UHGV virus genome: UHGV-0343683
DNA length: 25,581 nucleotides
Origin: a virus
Reading direction: 5' to 3' (one strand)
This document shows positions 25,555-25,581 of this stretch, in pieces. The notes beneath the pieces were generated by a model. The model was not told where the DNA came from, did not search any database, and worked only from the letters and a program-made list of their open reading frames with translations. The position numbers and the translations under genes are program-made. Numbering within the stretch: position 1 is the first letter of the stretch; each line of letters opens with the position of its first letter.

Positions 25555-25581
25555 AAACTCCCAATATTAAAAATATGTCAG

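Noticed and set aside
1-25581. Looked for tRNA or rRNA genes, CRISPR repeat-spacer arrays, integrase or attachment sites and IS elements
   Set aside because: None seen: no regularly spaced direct repeats, no tRNA-like structures noticed, no transposase or integrase-like ORFs; the window appears internal to the prophage. Manual scanning could miss small RNAs.

Overview
This window is an internal segment of a mosaic prophage of enterobacterial type; product calls are from remembered homology to lambda and P2 proteins, as no search could be run. Left to right: (1) 1-2722, an accessory/regulatory island with two minus-strand genes (a lone ImmA/IrrE-type HEXXH metallopeptidase and a small HTH-like protein), an unknown 214-aa plus-strand gene and a small ORF behind a near-consensus LexA (SOS) box; (2) 2800-4460, a lambdoid late-control region (DUF1367, YbcO-like DUF1364, Q-like gene, TATAAT plus tR'-like terminator); (3) 4470-5806, a translationally coupled lysis cassette (two membrane proteins, CHAP-like endolysin, small lipoprotein) with no recognisable Rz/Rz1 spanins; (4) 5866-6126, an AT-rich reverse-strand moron, then a putative cos region; (5) 6480-14364, a lambda-like head module (Nu1, A, W, B, C, D, E, FI, FII homologs); (6) 14396-25554, a P2-like contractile tail module (V, W, J, I, H, tail-fibre assembly, sheath, tube, E/E', tape measure, U, X, D). 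The most striking feature is that the portal gene is split by an inverted duplication at 9920-10248, so as assembled this prophage lacks an intact portal. The tail gene D may also be 3'-truncated at the window edge, abutting a remnant lipoprotein gene start. No tRNA, rRNA or CRISPR array was seen. No known multi-gene defence system was recognised; the best candidates for new biology are the SOS-box small ORF and the ImmA island.
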